Of a stretch of DNA of 64,000 nucleotides, positions 38,001 to 48,300 are shown in pieces (within the stretch, counting starts at the first letter, position 1; the number at the start of each line of letters is the position of its first letter). The DNA comes from Monocercomonoides exilis PA203. Its lineage: Eukaryota; Protista; Preaxostyla. The stretch is taken from NCBI GenBank assembly GCA_001643675.2, contig LSRY02000012.1:930001-994000 (forward strand). Reading direction: 5' to 3'. The notes beneath the pieces were generated by a model, which did not search any database, was not told the origin of the DNA, and saw only the letters and a program-made list of their open reading frames with translations. Position numbers and translations under genes: made by a program.

Positions 38001-40332
38001 AGAAGAAGAAGAAAGGAAGAGGAAGGAAAAAGAGGAGGAAGAAGAAAGAAAGAAAGAGGAAGAAAGAAGACGCAGAGAAAAAGAGGAAGAAGAAGAAAGA
38101 CAAAGAAAAGAGAAGGAAAGGGAAGAAGAGGAAAGATTGAAAAGAGAAGAAGAAGAGAAGAAGAGAAGAGAAGAGGAAGAGGAAGAGGAAGAAAGAAGAA
38201 GGAAAGAAAAAGAAGAGGAAGAGAAAGAACAAGAAAGAAAGAGAATAATCAAAAAGAGAGAAGAGGAAGAGGAAGAGAAGAGGAGAAGAGAGAAAGAAGA
38301 AGAAGAAGAAGAGAAAGAGAGGTTGAGGAGGAAGAGGAGGGAAGAAGAGGAGGCAGAACGAAAAGCAGAAGAAAGAAGAAGAGCAGAAGACACTAAAAAC
38401 TCGTTTGTGTCGACTGGAATGGCGAAGAGTGATGTGTTCAGCAGATGGGGAGTGAGGAAAGGAGGTTCATCATCATCAACAACAACTTCTTCTTCTTCTT
38501 CCTCCTCTTCCTCAACTGTTCCTGCTTGGAAACAGAGAGAGGAAGAAGAAAGAAAAAGAAGAGAAGAAGAGCAAAAGAAAGAAGAGGAGAAAAAAACAGA
38601 TGTTGATGCGACAACTTCATCACCAGCTAAGTCAGGTGCTATTGACACAGGATATAGCAAGAATGATGTGTTCAGCAGATGGGGAATAAGGAAAGGAGGA
38701 AGTGGTGGCAATTCTTCTGCAACAACTAATTCTTCTTCCTCTTCTTCCTCCTCTTCTTCTTCCTCTTCCTCCTCCTCCTCTTCTTCTTCTTCTTCCTCTT
38801 CTGTTTCAGCATGGAAGCAAAGAGAAGAAGAAGAGAGGAAGAGAAGAGAAAAGGAAGAAAAAGAAGAGGAGGAAAGGAAAAGAAGAGAGAAAGAGGAAGA
38901 AGAAAAAAGGGAAGCAGAAAGGAAAGCAAGAGAAGAGGAAGAGGAACGGAAGAGAAAAGAAGAAGAGGAGGAAGAGAGAAGAAGAGAGGAAGAAGAAGAA
39001 AAGAAGAGAAGAGAAAGAGAAGAGGAGGAGGAGAAAGAAAGAAAGAGAAGAGAGGAAGAAAAACGCAGAGAAGAGGAAGAAGAGAAAGAGAGGAAGAGAA
39101 AAGAAGAAGAAAACAAAAATGCGAATGTTTCGAGTGGAATGGCGAAGAGTGATGTGTTCAGCAGATGGGGGGTGAGGAAAGGGGGGTCATCAACAACTTC
39201 TTCTTCTTCCTCTTCTTCCTCTTCTTCTTCAACATCTTCTCCTATTCCAGCATGGAAGAAGAGAGAGGAAGAGGAAAGGAAGAGAAGAGAAGAAGAGCAG
39301 AAAAAGGAGGAAGCGAAAAGAAATTCTGGAAGTTATTCATCATATTCTGGAACAACTTCTTCTTCTTCTTCTTCTACAACATCAACATCAGCAGCGATTG
39401 ATACAGGATTCAGCAAAAGCGATGTGTTCAGCAGATGGGGGTTGAGAAAAGGAGGAAGTGGTGCTTCGACCACTGCTTCATCTACAACGTCTTCTTCTTC
39501 TTCTTCTTCTGTTCCAGCACGGAAGCAAAGAGAAGAAGAGGAGAGAAAGAGAAGAGAGAAAGAAGAGGAAGAAGAAAGATTGCAAAAGGAAAAAATTGAG
39601 AGAGAGAGAAAGGAAAGAGAAGAAGCAGAAAAGAAAAGGAAAGAAGAAGAAGAGAAAGAAGAAGAAAGGAAGAGAAAGGAAAAAGAAGAAGCAGAAGAAG
39701 AAGAGCGAAAGAAGAAATCCAGTGCTTCTATTGGATTTAGCAAGACAACCAGCGCACAGAGCAGATGGAGTGCGACAAAGACAGCAGGTGTGGGAGGGGT
39801 AGGAAGTATGCCCTTGTGGAGGATCAAACAAGAAGAAGAGAAGAAGAAAAGAGAAGAACAACAAAGAGAACTGGAGAGAAGAAGAGCGGAGGAGCTGAAG
39901 AGAGAGGAAGAGGAGAGAGAGAAACAGAAAGAGAGAGAGAGAGAGAGGGAAAAGGAAACATCATCTGCAATAGACAGAGGCCTCACAAAGAATGATGTGT
40001 TCAGCAGATGGGGTGTGAGAAAGGGAGAAGCAGGAGGGGTGACTGCTCAAGAAAAACCTGTGGTTTCATCATCATCATCATCATCATCTTCTTCTTCTTC
40101 TTCTTCTTCTTCTTCTTCTTCTTCTTCGCTTCCCGCTTGGAGAATAAGAGAGGAAGAAGAAAGAAAGCGGAGAGAAGAAGAAGAGAGAAGAGACAGAGAG
40201 GCTGCTGAAGAGAGAAAGAGAATTGAAGAAGAGAAAAGAAGAGAAAAGGAGGAGGAAGAAAGGAAAAAACGCGAGGAAGAGGAAAAGAAGAAGAAAGAGG
40301 ATGCAGAGCTTTATCCATGGCTTTCAGAATGA
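35057..40332 (+). CDS. LRR/LRRcap N-terminal domain plus about 10 tandem 'DVFSRWG-polySer-PAWK-charged helix' modules; 4 exons, ~1688 aa
   Basis: Exons 35057-35098, 35197-35300, 35361-35516, 35568-40332 join in frame. N-terminus MKLTIDKIASKVGRAVDVTKVEELDLSSMKIDELGPFQRCKCLKRVNFSDNGFVHIRQIEGIFQAPALVELDLSGCPVTKLSNYRNVVIERCKKLQILDG has SDS22/U2A'-type LRRs with an LRRcap (P.....YR..VI.....L..LDG). The ORF track shows only exon 4. Confidence 0.85.
36850..40300 (+). repeat. Coding tandem repeat array: 9 DVFSRWG modules plus 1 degenerate module
   Basis: GATGTGTTCAGC(A/C)GATGGGG at 36850, 37120, 37573, 37810, 38431, 38665, 39151, 39421 and 39994; degenerate copy (SAQSRWS) near 39750. Confidence 0.95.
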
Positions 40333-40559
40333 AATGTAATTTAATTTTCTCGAGTATTTCTTACTCTGTAACTGTCTTTTTATTTTTAAAATTTTCTGAT
40401 CTTTTTACAGATATTATGGTAACTAATTTAAATCATTTCTTTTTTTTAGTTAAAATTTCGAGAGTTTGATTTATTATTCGAATATTTCTGGAAATTTTTT
40501 GCTCGATAAATTCGTATTATTTAAATATTTTAATTAGCTGAACAATATTGTTTTCTTGT

Positions 40560-43500
40560 ATGTCTCAAAACTTATTTTTTGAAGATTCAATTGATGAATC
40601 TGAATCTGGAACAGAAGATGATACAGCATCAAATAAATTTAAAGAATTGCCTTTACTTTCTACTCAGGAAAGGCTAGGATTTTATCAACCCCAGGAAACA
40701 CCTCAATCTCCAAAAACTGAAAAGAAACTTCTTCCTGCAATAAGTGTAAGTTCTCCATGTAAACAACCAACCATTGATCATGCAGCATTTTCTGGAGATA
40801 GTGGCGAACTGAAAGATACAGAAATAGAAATTAATTTGGATGAAACTTCTGAAAATAATCCGATTCAATCTGAACAAGTTTTTTTATCGGCTTCATTTCA
40901 TCCCGTCCCAAATCCTCTTAGTACACAAACTCTGATTTCTTTGCCATTCTCTGTTTCATCTCCTATCATCCAGCAAGTTTTTAGGCCATCAAAAACTCTA
41001 TTAAGAACAAGATCAACTAATGCATCAAATCAACCAAGTTCTCAAAACTCACATCATGTAAATGATAATTCTTCGTCATTACCAAATCATTCATTAACAA
41101 CTCCAATCCCTCAATTAACACCTCAGTCACTTCCTACATTGTCAAATCAAAAGCCTCCTCAACCAGCTACAGTTGGTGCACATGAGCAATCTCACAGAGA
41201 AACAAATACAAAAAATACGACAGATAAAACCGAAATTGAAACTCCTATTGCTCAGTCACCTTTCCTTTCTTCTGTTAAACCTTCTTCTTCTGTTACAAAA
41301 TCAAGCTCTTCTCCATTTCTTCATTCTGAAGGCTCTCAATTAGAAAATAAAGAAAATAATCCTGCAATTCAGCAAGATGGACAATCTTCTACGCAAATAA
41401 AGTTAAATGGACTGAATCAGACAAATTCTGTTTCTTCTTCAGAACTTCCTCCCCTTCCGCCATCTCAAGCAACTTCTATTGCAAGGTCAACAACTCAGAT
41501 TTCTCCTCTCTCTCCATCCACCACATTCACCACATCTCAGTACATATCTCCAACATCCATCCCAAACATTCTGACGTCTTCACCTCACATCTCATCTCAA
41601 ACTCTCCCTGTATCTAGTTTCGCATCACCATCATTTCCGGTTTCTTCGACTGTTCCCCTTTCATTTCCACCTCCTCCACCTCCATCAGCAAATGCATCCA
41701 CAAGCAGTTATTCTCCATTCATCTATTCCATTCCATCTCCTTCGATATCGTCCTCCTCATCTCTTCTTCCACCGACTGTCCCAGTTAACAGAATGATCCC
41801 TCATCCGACATTAGCTAATCAACTGCAGCCGCCGCCAATTCCCTTTTCATCGGCAATTTCTCCTTCGGCTTTTGCAAATCATCCTCATCTTCCTACGATG
41901 GTTCCTGTATCAAATGATGGCCAGCAGACTGTTTCTTCATTTGCTGCAAATCAAACAGACAACAAACAACAACAACAACAACAACAAGCACAGCCAGCTT
42001 CAACAATTAGAGTTCCGTTGCGCTTGCTTCTGCCTCAGGCTTCATCTGATACAAATCCTTCTCTGTCTCAGCAAACAGTCGATATTCCTATCGATTCTTC
42101 TGTTATTCAGGCACTTCTCACGCAGCACTTGAATTCTTTGGCCATACCTCCTCCAGCAAAAACTCAACAAAATCCCACCCAGATGCCTCCTCAAGCTTCT
42201 TCCACTTCAGCTCAAGTGAATGTTCAGCAAGATGGTTCTTATCCACCTCTTCTTGAGACACCGCCACCTGTTTCTACCACTCCAACTCCAGCATCAACCA
42301 CAATTAACATCAACGCTGGCTGCTCTTGCCAGCATCAGCCTTTCTGTCATCATCACTCATCTACTGATGGCGGAGCCGTTTGTTCCGTGTGTGGTGCATC
42401 AACCTCATCTTCGATGGGCGCTCAGATGATACCGAGCATCTCGCCTTTTGCTGCAAGTGGGCAAACATCGTTCAAACAAGGAGATCTGCTTGCGGTGGAT
42501 GCTGTGTTTGAAAGGCAGCTGAAAAGAAGGAGGAGCCGTCGAAGGCGCAGCAGCGATTCGGACGAAAGCGACGAATATGATCGAAGCAGAAGCGATGATA
42601 GCAGAAAAAGCAGAACAAGAAGAAAGAATAAAGATTCATCAAATGAAGAGAAAAAGGCAAAGAAGAAGAAGAAGAAGAAAGGAAAAACTGTGAAAAAGGG
42701 AAAACTTGGCTCTTTGAAGGAAATTGTAGAGCAATACAATGAAGCAGTGCTGCAGATGAAAACGCCTTCAATTGTAAGTTCAACAGTGATTGAGCCTTCT
42801 TTGCCTCTTCTTCCAATGAATCCAGAGGCAAACCCCCAAACTTCGTCTGGTTCTGAAATGGGAATTGCAAAGCAAGAGAATGAAAAAGAAGCCAAAGATG
42901 CTTGGGACAATGACGAAGAGCAGCCTGATGCTGATCCTTCTTTGCGAACAGCTTCTTTGATGTGTGCATCGTTTCCAGCTGGATCAGCTTCTTCTTTTGC
43001 TTCTTCACATTCATCTGTTGAGCGTAAGCCAAGTTCTCAAAGGGCAACAAAGTTTTTCGTTGATATGAGCGAAAATGGAAAAGGAGAAGTTTACAAGCAG
43101 CCGCCTCCGCTAAAACCTCGCCGTCCTTCTTCTCTTCCTCACAGCCACCAGCGCACGCCTGTTAAGCGTTTTCCTTCAGAAACCCGCAGAAGTGGCAATC
43201 CCAGTGGAACAAATGAAAGTGGAAGAAATGTTGGGAATGGAACTGTCTTTAATGGCAAAGGAAGGAAGATGGGAACGATGACTCGGTGGAATCGGAATAT
43301 GCAAGCCAAAGATGATAAAGTACCAAAAAGCTCACCTGTTCCTGAACAAACAGTACAATTTGAAGATCCTCGCATTGAAGAAATGAAAAGGGGAATTGAT
43401 GAAATCAGGCAACTTTTGATGGAACAGTCAAAACAAAGTGCTGAAGCTGGAATGCCGAGTGAAGAATCACAATTCAATCACTTCACTGCAACTTCTTCAT

Positions 43501-44276
43501 ATCCTTCTGACACAGCATCTCAATCCACCACATCAACAGCATCTACTTCATCATCATCTTCATCATCATCATCATCTTCTTCTTCTTCTTCTTCTTCTTC
43601 TTCTTCTTCATTATCACTTACGGATTCTTCGCCTGTACCGCTTACACCTTCGGCACAATCTCAGCATTCAAATGTATCTGCAGTTACTTCAAATACGATG
43701 TCAACAGGGTCCACTTCTTCTTCTTCCTCCTCCTCATCTTCTTCTTCCACTTCGACTTCGACTTCGGCTCCTTTAACTGTGTCTTTCTGGACTCCGCCTG
43801 TGTTTGAGAAGGTTTCGTGGCTTGGCGATGAAAGGCGAATGAAAATTGCAGAGCAGATTGCTAAAAGACAAAGAGAAATTATGAAAAAACAACAAGAAGA
43901 GAGAGAAATGAGAGAAAAGCAGAAGGCAGAGGAAGAAGAAAGAAAAAAGAAAGAGGAAGAATTGAAAAAGAAAGAAGAGTTGAAAAAATTGAGAATGGAA
44001 AGAGAGCAACAGCACATAAAAAAGAAGAAGGTTGTACCAATTGTGGATGATAACGGAGCAATTATTGCAAAGAAGAAAAAGAAGAAGAAGAAGAAAATGA
44101 ATTCCCAACCTTTATCGGACAAGCCTCAATCACAAATTCCCACTCCTGAAGAACTAGAAAATAAAGATACTTTAATGTTTCCATCTCCAATAGATAACGC
44201 CAGCAACAAACATTCTGAGACAAAAGTTATATTTTGCACGCCTTTGCTATCGCAAGAACCGGTTATACAATCATAA
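40560..44276 (+). CDS. Hypothetical low-complexity (Ser/Pro/Gln-rich) protein with C-terminal coiled coil and Lys-rich patches
   Basis: 3.7-kb uninterrupted ORF with GC-richer coding composition, bounded by AT-rich DNA; first ATG at 40560 (MSQNLFF). No domain recognised. Confidence 0.75.
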   Translation: MSQNLFFEDSIDESESGTEDDTASNKFKELPLLSTQERLGFYQPQETPQSPKTEKKLLPAISVSSPCKQPTIDHAAFSGDSGELKDTEIEINLDETSENNPIQSEQVFLSASFHPVPNPLSTQTLISLPFSVSSPIIQQVFRPSKTLLRTRSTNASNQPSSQNSHHVNDNSSSLPNHSLTTPIPQLTPQSLPTLSNQKPPQPATVGAHEQSHRETNTKNTTDKTEIETPIAQSPFLSSVKPSSSVTKSSSSPFLHSEGSQLENKENNPAIQQDGQSSTQIKLNGLNQTNSVSSSELPPLPPSQATSIARSTTQISPLSPSTTFTTSQYISPTSIPNILTSSPHISSQTLPVSSFASPSFPVSSTVPLSFPPPPPPSANASTSSYSPFIYSIPSPSISSSSSLLPPTVPVNRMIPHPTLANQLQPPPIPFSSAISPSAFANHPHLPTMVPVSNDGQQTVSSFAANQTDNKQQQQQQQAQPASTIRVPLRLLLPQASSDTNPSLSQQTVDIPIDSSVIQALLTQHLNSLAIPPPAKTQQNPTQMPPQASSTSAQVNVQQDGSYPPLLETPPPVSTTPTPASTTININAGCSCQHQPFCHHHSSTDGGAVCSVCGASTSSSMGAQMIPSISPFAASGQTSFKQGDLLAVDAVFERQLKRRRSRRRRSSDSDESDEYDRSRSDDSRKSRTRRKNKDSSNEEKKAKKKKKKKGKTVKKGKLGSLKEIVEQYNEAVLQMKTPSIVSSTVIEPSLPLLPMNPEANPQTSSGSEMGIAKQENEKEAKDAWDNDEEQPDADPSLRTASLMCASFPAGSASSFASSHSSVERKPSSQRATKFFVDMSENGKGEVYKQPPPLKPRRPSSLPHSHQRTPVKRFPSETRRSGNPSGTNESGRNVGNGTVFNGKGRKMGTMTRWNRNMQAKDDKVPKSSPVPEQTVQFEDPRIEEMKRGIDEIRQLLMEQSKQSAEAGMPSEESQFNHFTATSSYPSDTASQSTTSTASTSSSSSSSSSSSSSSSSSSSSSLSLTDSSPVPLTPSAQSQHSNVSAVTSNTMSTGSTSSSSSSSSSSSTSTSTSAPLTVSFWTPPVFEKVSWLGDERRMKIAEQIAKRQREIMKKQQEEREMREKQKAEEEERKKKEEELKKKEELKKLRMEREQQHIKKKKVVPIVDDNGAIIAKKKKKKKKKMNSQPLSDKPQSQIPTPEELENKDTLMFPSPIDNASNKHSETKVIFCTPLLSQEPVIQS

Positions 44277-44489
44277 AACAAATTTTAAAAAAACTTTCAA
44301 TGTTTTATATTGATGATTTTTTTTTTTTTTGAAATTACAAATAATTTGAAAGTTTGATTAAGAAATTATTTTTTGAAGGTTCATCAAAATGTTTAAAATA
44401 GGAGTGAAAAATAATAAATAAATATTAAATAATAAATGGGACTTTAAGAGAAAAGAAACAATATGTGAAAGATAAATTTTTCTATTTTT

Positions 44490-44800
44490 AATCTTTTGAA
44501 CATGAATATGCAGAACGAAATATTTTTCCTCAAGTATTTTCATTGTAAAATTATGCGCTTTTCATTAACTATTTTATATCAAAAAACACAATAAAAATGT
44601 GTCCATTTTAAAAATTTTATGACATGTTGGCAAACTTGATATTTCTATTTCAACGATGCCTGTTTCAGGATTTGAAAATCAGATTAATATTGAAAACTGA
44701 GTAAGTGTAATAAAGTTAAGAGTGAAGCTATTTTTCAACGCCTTGTGCAAAAAACGCTTGAAAGTCCATGTTTTCCCCTATATGTGATTATTTTTGGATT
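44490..44800 (+). repeat. Diverged copy of the ~315-bp AT-rich repeat unit found in the terminal palindrome arms
   Basis: Colinear matches to 63770-64000 and to the reverse complement of 61330-61600: ATTTTCATTG.AAAATTAT, CAAAAAACACAATAAAAATG, GATGCCTGTTTCAGGAT.TGAAAAT, GTAATAAAGTTA..AGTGAAGC.ATTTTTCAA. Confidence 0.8.
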
Positions 44801-45005
44801 CGTATTTATTCAGTTTTTATTTTCTGTTTGAAAAGTCACTTTGAATATTGAAAAATGAAGGCATAAAAGTTCAAACTCCAAACAATGACTGTTTTTTCAT
44901 TAATAATATCTTTGATATAAATTAATTAAACAATAATTGTTCATTGTTTAATTTTTTTGACAAATAAACAATTCTTTCAGATGAAAGCTATTGGATTCTT
45001 TGATA

Positions 45006-45402
45006 CATATATCGCATGAAATACCGGACATCGCATAAAATACCGGACAAGATCGATTTCTCAATCACCGCAAGAGGAATAATTCTGTTAATTTCCCTCA
45101 AAATATGTCTCATCAATACAAACTCACCTGACATACAAGGCTTTCATAACTTCCTCATTTGTGCTCAGAAAAAAAAAATGATTGAAATCTCGGAAAAATA
45201 GGTTATTGAGATTCTCCGAAATTTCAATAATAATTTTTTCTGAGCGCAAATAAAGTTGTTTTGAAAGTCTCGTATGTCACGTGAGTTTGTATTGATGAGA
45301 CATATTTTGAGGGAAATTAACAGAATTATTCCTCTTGCGGTGATTGAGAAATCGATCTTGTCCGGTATTAAGTGCGATGTCCGGTATTTCATGCGATATC
45401 TG
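45006..45402. mobile_element. Fold-back MITE (397 bp), Tc1/mariner-superfamily type, TA target-site duplication
   Basis: TA at 45004-45005 and 45403-45404. Inverted arms of about 170 bp (45006-45174 vs 45234-45402) with scattered mismatches, and weaker pairing further inward. Each end carries a tandem 20-bp repeat TCGCA....ATACCGGACA. It explains the twin ORFs 45016(+) and 45392(-), both MKYRTSH..PDKIDF. Confidence 0.85.
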
Positions 45403-47029
45403 TATGTATTTTATTGATCAGATAATATTTTAAGAAAAACAAATAAAAAACATTTTGATTTGTATAATTATGAATAAAAAAAAATATTCTGCAATATTTT
45501 CAAAATTAAAAATATCGAAAAAATTTCTAAAAAATTAGAATAATTTTAATCCATTCTTTCAAATGGGGCTAAATTTTTGCATTTGTGAAATAATCAAAGA
45601 TTTGTTCCAAACATTTTCTGAAATTATGTCATTGTTTGTCTTCAATATCAATGAAAAAAAATACCTAGAAATTTTAGAATTAAGAATAATGTTAGAAATA
45701 AGAGAGTGTGATAAAATTATTGAAGAGAAAAATATCTTCACAAATTCTCAAACTGTTATTGTTTGAAATTTACTGATTGAATTAAGAAAAAAATCAAATA
45801 ACAAAGATAAGAATATGGATTGAAATTTTTCTATTATTGTTTAATTTTTTGCTCAATTGATGTTTGAAAGGATTTTGAGAAAAACTGTTCCGGGAAGATT
45901 TTTTTTGTTCAACATTGAATGGCTCTTCAACGCAATAAAACCATCTTTCCTTTGCATCTTTCAATATAATGTCACAGCAAAGCACTTCTCTCAAAATCAA
46001 GACTTATTTTTTCATTTTCATTTTTCTTTTGAAAAAGAAAAGAACAAAATCTTTCAAAGAAGAAAACAGAAAAGAGCAAAAACAATGGAGCAAAGGAGAT
46101 TGCGGGAGACTCAGCAAGGAAGCACTCAAACGCATCAAAGCGAGAATTGCAGATTCACATGAATCGATATTCATACTGTTGCATCGGAGGAACGAGAAGG
46201 AGGTGACAGCAATGAAGAAGAAGGAAAAGGAAAATATATCGAAAGTGAAGACGATGATGAAGGGAATAAGAAGAAAGCGGATGAGAAAGTTGGAGATGCA
46301 AAGGATGCACAGGATGCCCCTTCGATGGGACAAGAAACAACAGGATTATCTTTTTGCTGCGCTTGGGATTTCAATTGGCAGCAAAGGCATATCAGCCTCA
46401 AATTATCTGGGTAGGTCAAAGGAATTCAGGCGAATACTTCAGTTGGCTCCGGTTTGGCTCTGTGTGCCTGACAACAGAAGAAGAAAGCATTCTGAGGCTT
46501 ATCACGCATTCAAATTGTCGTTTCTGCGTTCCGAGTCGCTTTTTCAGGAAGATCCATAAAAATGAAACGTGCAACAGCAATTGGAGTCTCAGAATGATAT
46601 CGATGAGAAAAGGAAAAAAAGAAAAAAGAAAATTGAATGAAGAACATTTCGCCATCATCATCGAACTCAATGATTACTTCTTCTTTTCTTCTTCTCTTCT
46701 TCTCAAATCTGATACATGGCAAAAAGCATCCAAAAATAAAAAAACTTATTTTTTTTATATATTTGCCTTTTTGCAAATATTAAATGATATTGTCCAAACA
46801 TACTCTCTTTTCTTTGACCATTTTGTCTGTTTCACTGAATTCTTCTTTCGTTTCTTCAGACTCAAATACTTTCTCATAAATCTCTTCAAGCATTTTGTTC
46901 GTTTTTTCAACTTTCTGCGCTTTCTCATCCTCGCATCACACACCTGATTCATCAAGAAATTTCACAAAAATCCAAAAATAATTCAAGAAAAATTGAAGGT
47001 GCCAAAAAGTTAAAAATAAACAAACTCGA

Positions 47030-48300
47030 TAAATGTTCAATCACTGGCTCCACATGAATCTCTTACATACTTATCACAAATGCTCGACCTCGCTCTGTTT
47101 GCAGCAAAAAAGCATTCAGTTTGCTGTGCTAAGTTTTTTCAACCAACAAAGAAATCGATAAATGCAAACACTGTTTATCATCTTGCAAAATGAAAAGGTT
47201 ACAGTCCAAAACTTATACGTTGCTTTTTTAAAGCTTTAGAAGAAGTGTGAGAACAAAGAAAAGAACGATCTATTTGGCTGCATAAGACAAAAAAAGCGAA
47301 AAACTTTTGTTTCTTTTTGATCAAACCAACAGTTGATTTGAATGAGGCAGAAATTATTTTCATGCCATATTCACTTCATGAATTGCATTTGTTTAGTTTT
47401 AGTGATCGACCTAATTTCTAACATGAGAATGGAGTTTGACAGAAGAAAAAAGAAAACAAGAAAAATGCAAAATTCCTAAAGAGAAAGAATTTTCTTCCTT
47501 TTCCAGAAGTTGATTCGGACTGAAAACAAGAGCGTTTGATATTTTCACTCTTAACATATTTTATTGGTTATTTTGCTTTCAGTGATGACTCTGCTCGTAA
47601 AGGCGGAAGGGATTGTTTTGATGAATGAAATGAAAGCCCAACTATCGGATTATGCTTGGAAAAGAAGCATTGATCATCATGGGCAAGCGCATGTCAAATG
47701 GCAAAAGAACGAGAATAAATGCTTCAATTATGAAAGCCTATTTGATCGCGGGGAAAATGGATAATTTGAAGAATTATTTGGATGGCAAGGCTCCAGCAGT
47801 GAAGATACAAATTGCAATGCTTTACAGGCCATTTCAACAGCAGATGCTCGCATGTTTTCAAGCAATTTCATTGGAGGCTTAAGGCGGAGAAAACCTCTTA
47901 TCTGCTCGTTGAAAGAAAATTGATCGAAAAATATAACAAAAATATTGTTTCTTCCGAGGCGCGTGCAGGAAGTGTACAATCTAGTTATTTTCTTTCAGCA
48001 GAAAGCAATGGCATCTCTCAAATGGAAGCTGGAAATACAATATTTCAGCTTCTACTCCATCAACATGAAGTGATCGGCAACCATTTTGATTCATTTTCAG
48101 AGGATCCTCTATGAATCAGCTCATTCTTCTTTGGACAACCGATGAAACTCCCTTTCCTTTTCATTTGCAACATCTGGATGCAATCGCCTTTAAAAGCGAA
48201 TGAATGGCCTTCAAATACTCCTCGATTTCTTATTTTTTTTGTTATCGACGTTGCTGACACATTAAAAGTCTTTTTCTTTTTATCATTAGCGCTGCATCTC
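47030..48300 (+). pseudogene. Possible degenerate pogo/Tc5-like DDE transposase fragments
   Basis: Stop- and frameshift-ridden segments: SLAPHESLTYLSQMLDLALFAAKK (~47040-47115; compare DDE_1 'lP.htth.lQPlD..vF..lK'), FSSNFIGGLRRRKPL (~47855-47900; compare the end of a CENP-B HTH) and LILLWTTDETPF (~48120-48155; compare 'i.N.DET'). The motif order needs two separate copies. By-eye similarity only. Confidence 0.3.

Noticed and set aside
36850-40020. Regularly recurring ~20-bp conserved sequence with variable spacers, superficially CRISPR-like
   Set aside because: The repeats are in-frame coding motifs with synonymous variation, spacers are 230-620 bp of low complexity, the context is eukaryotic, and no cas genes are present.
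35544-40318. Long antisense ORFs (up to 464 aa, F/S/L-rich) opposite the LRR repeat gene
   Set aside because: The reverse complement of purine-only codons lacks stop codons; these are shadows of the real gene.
45016-45392. Twin convergent ORFs beginning MKYRTSH
   Set aside because: By-product of the inverted arms of the fold-back MITE; no coding signature.
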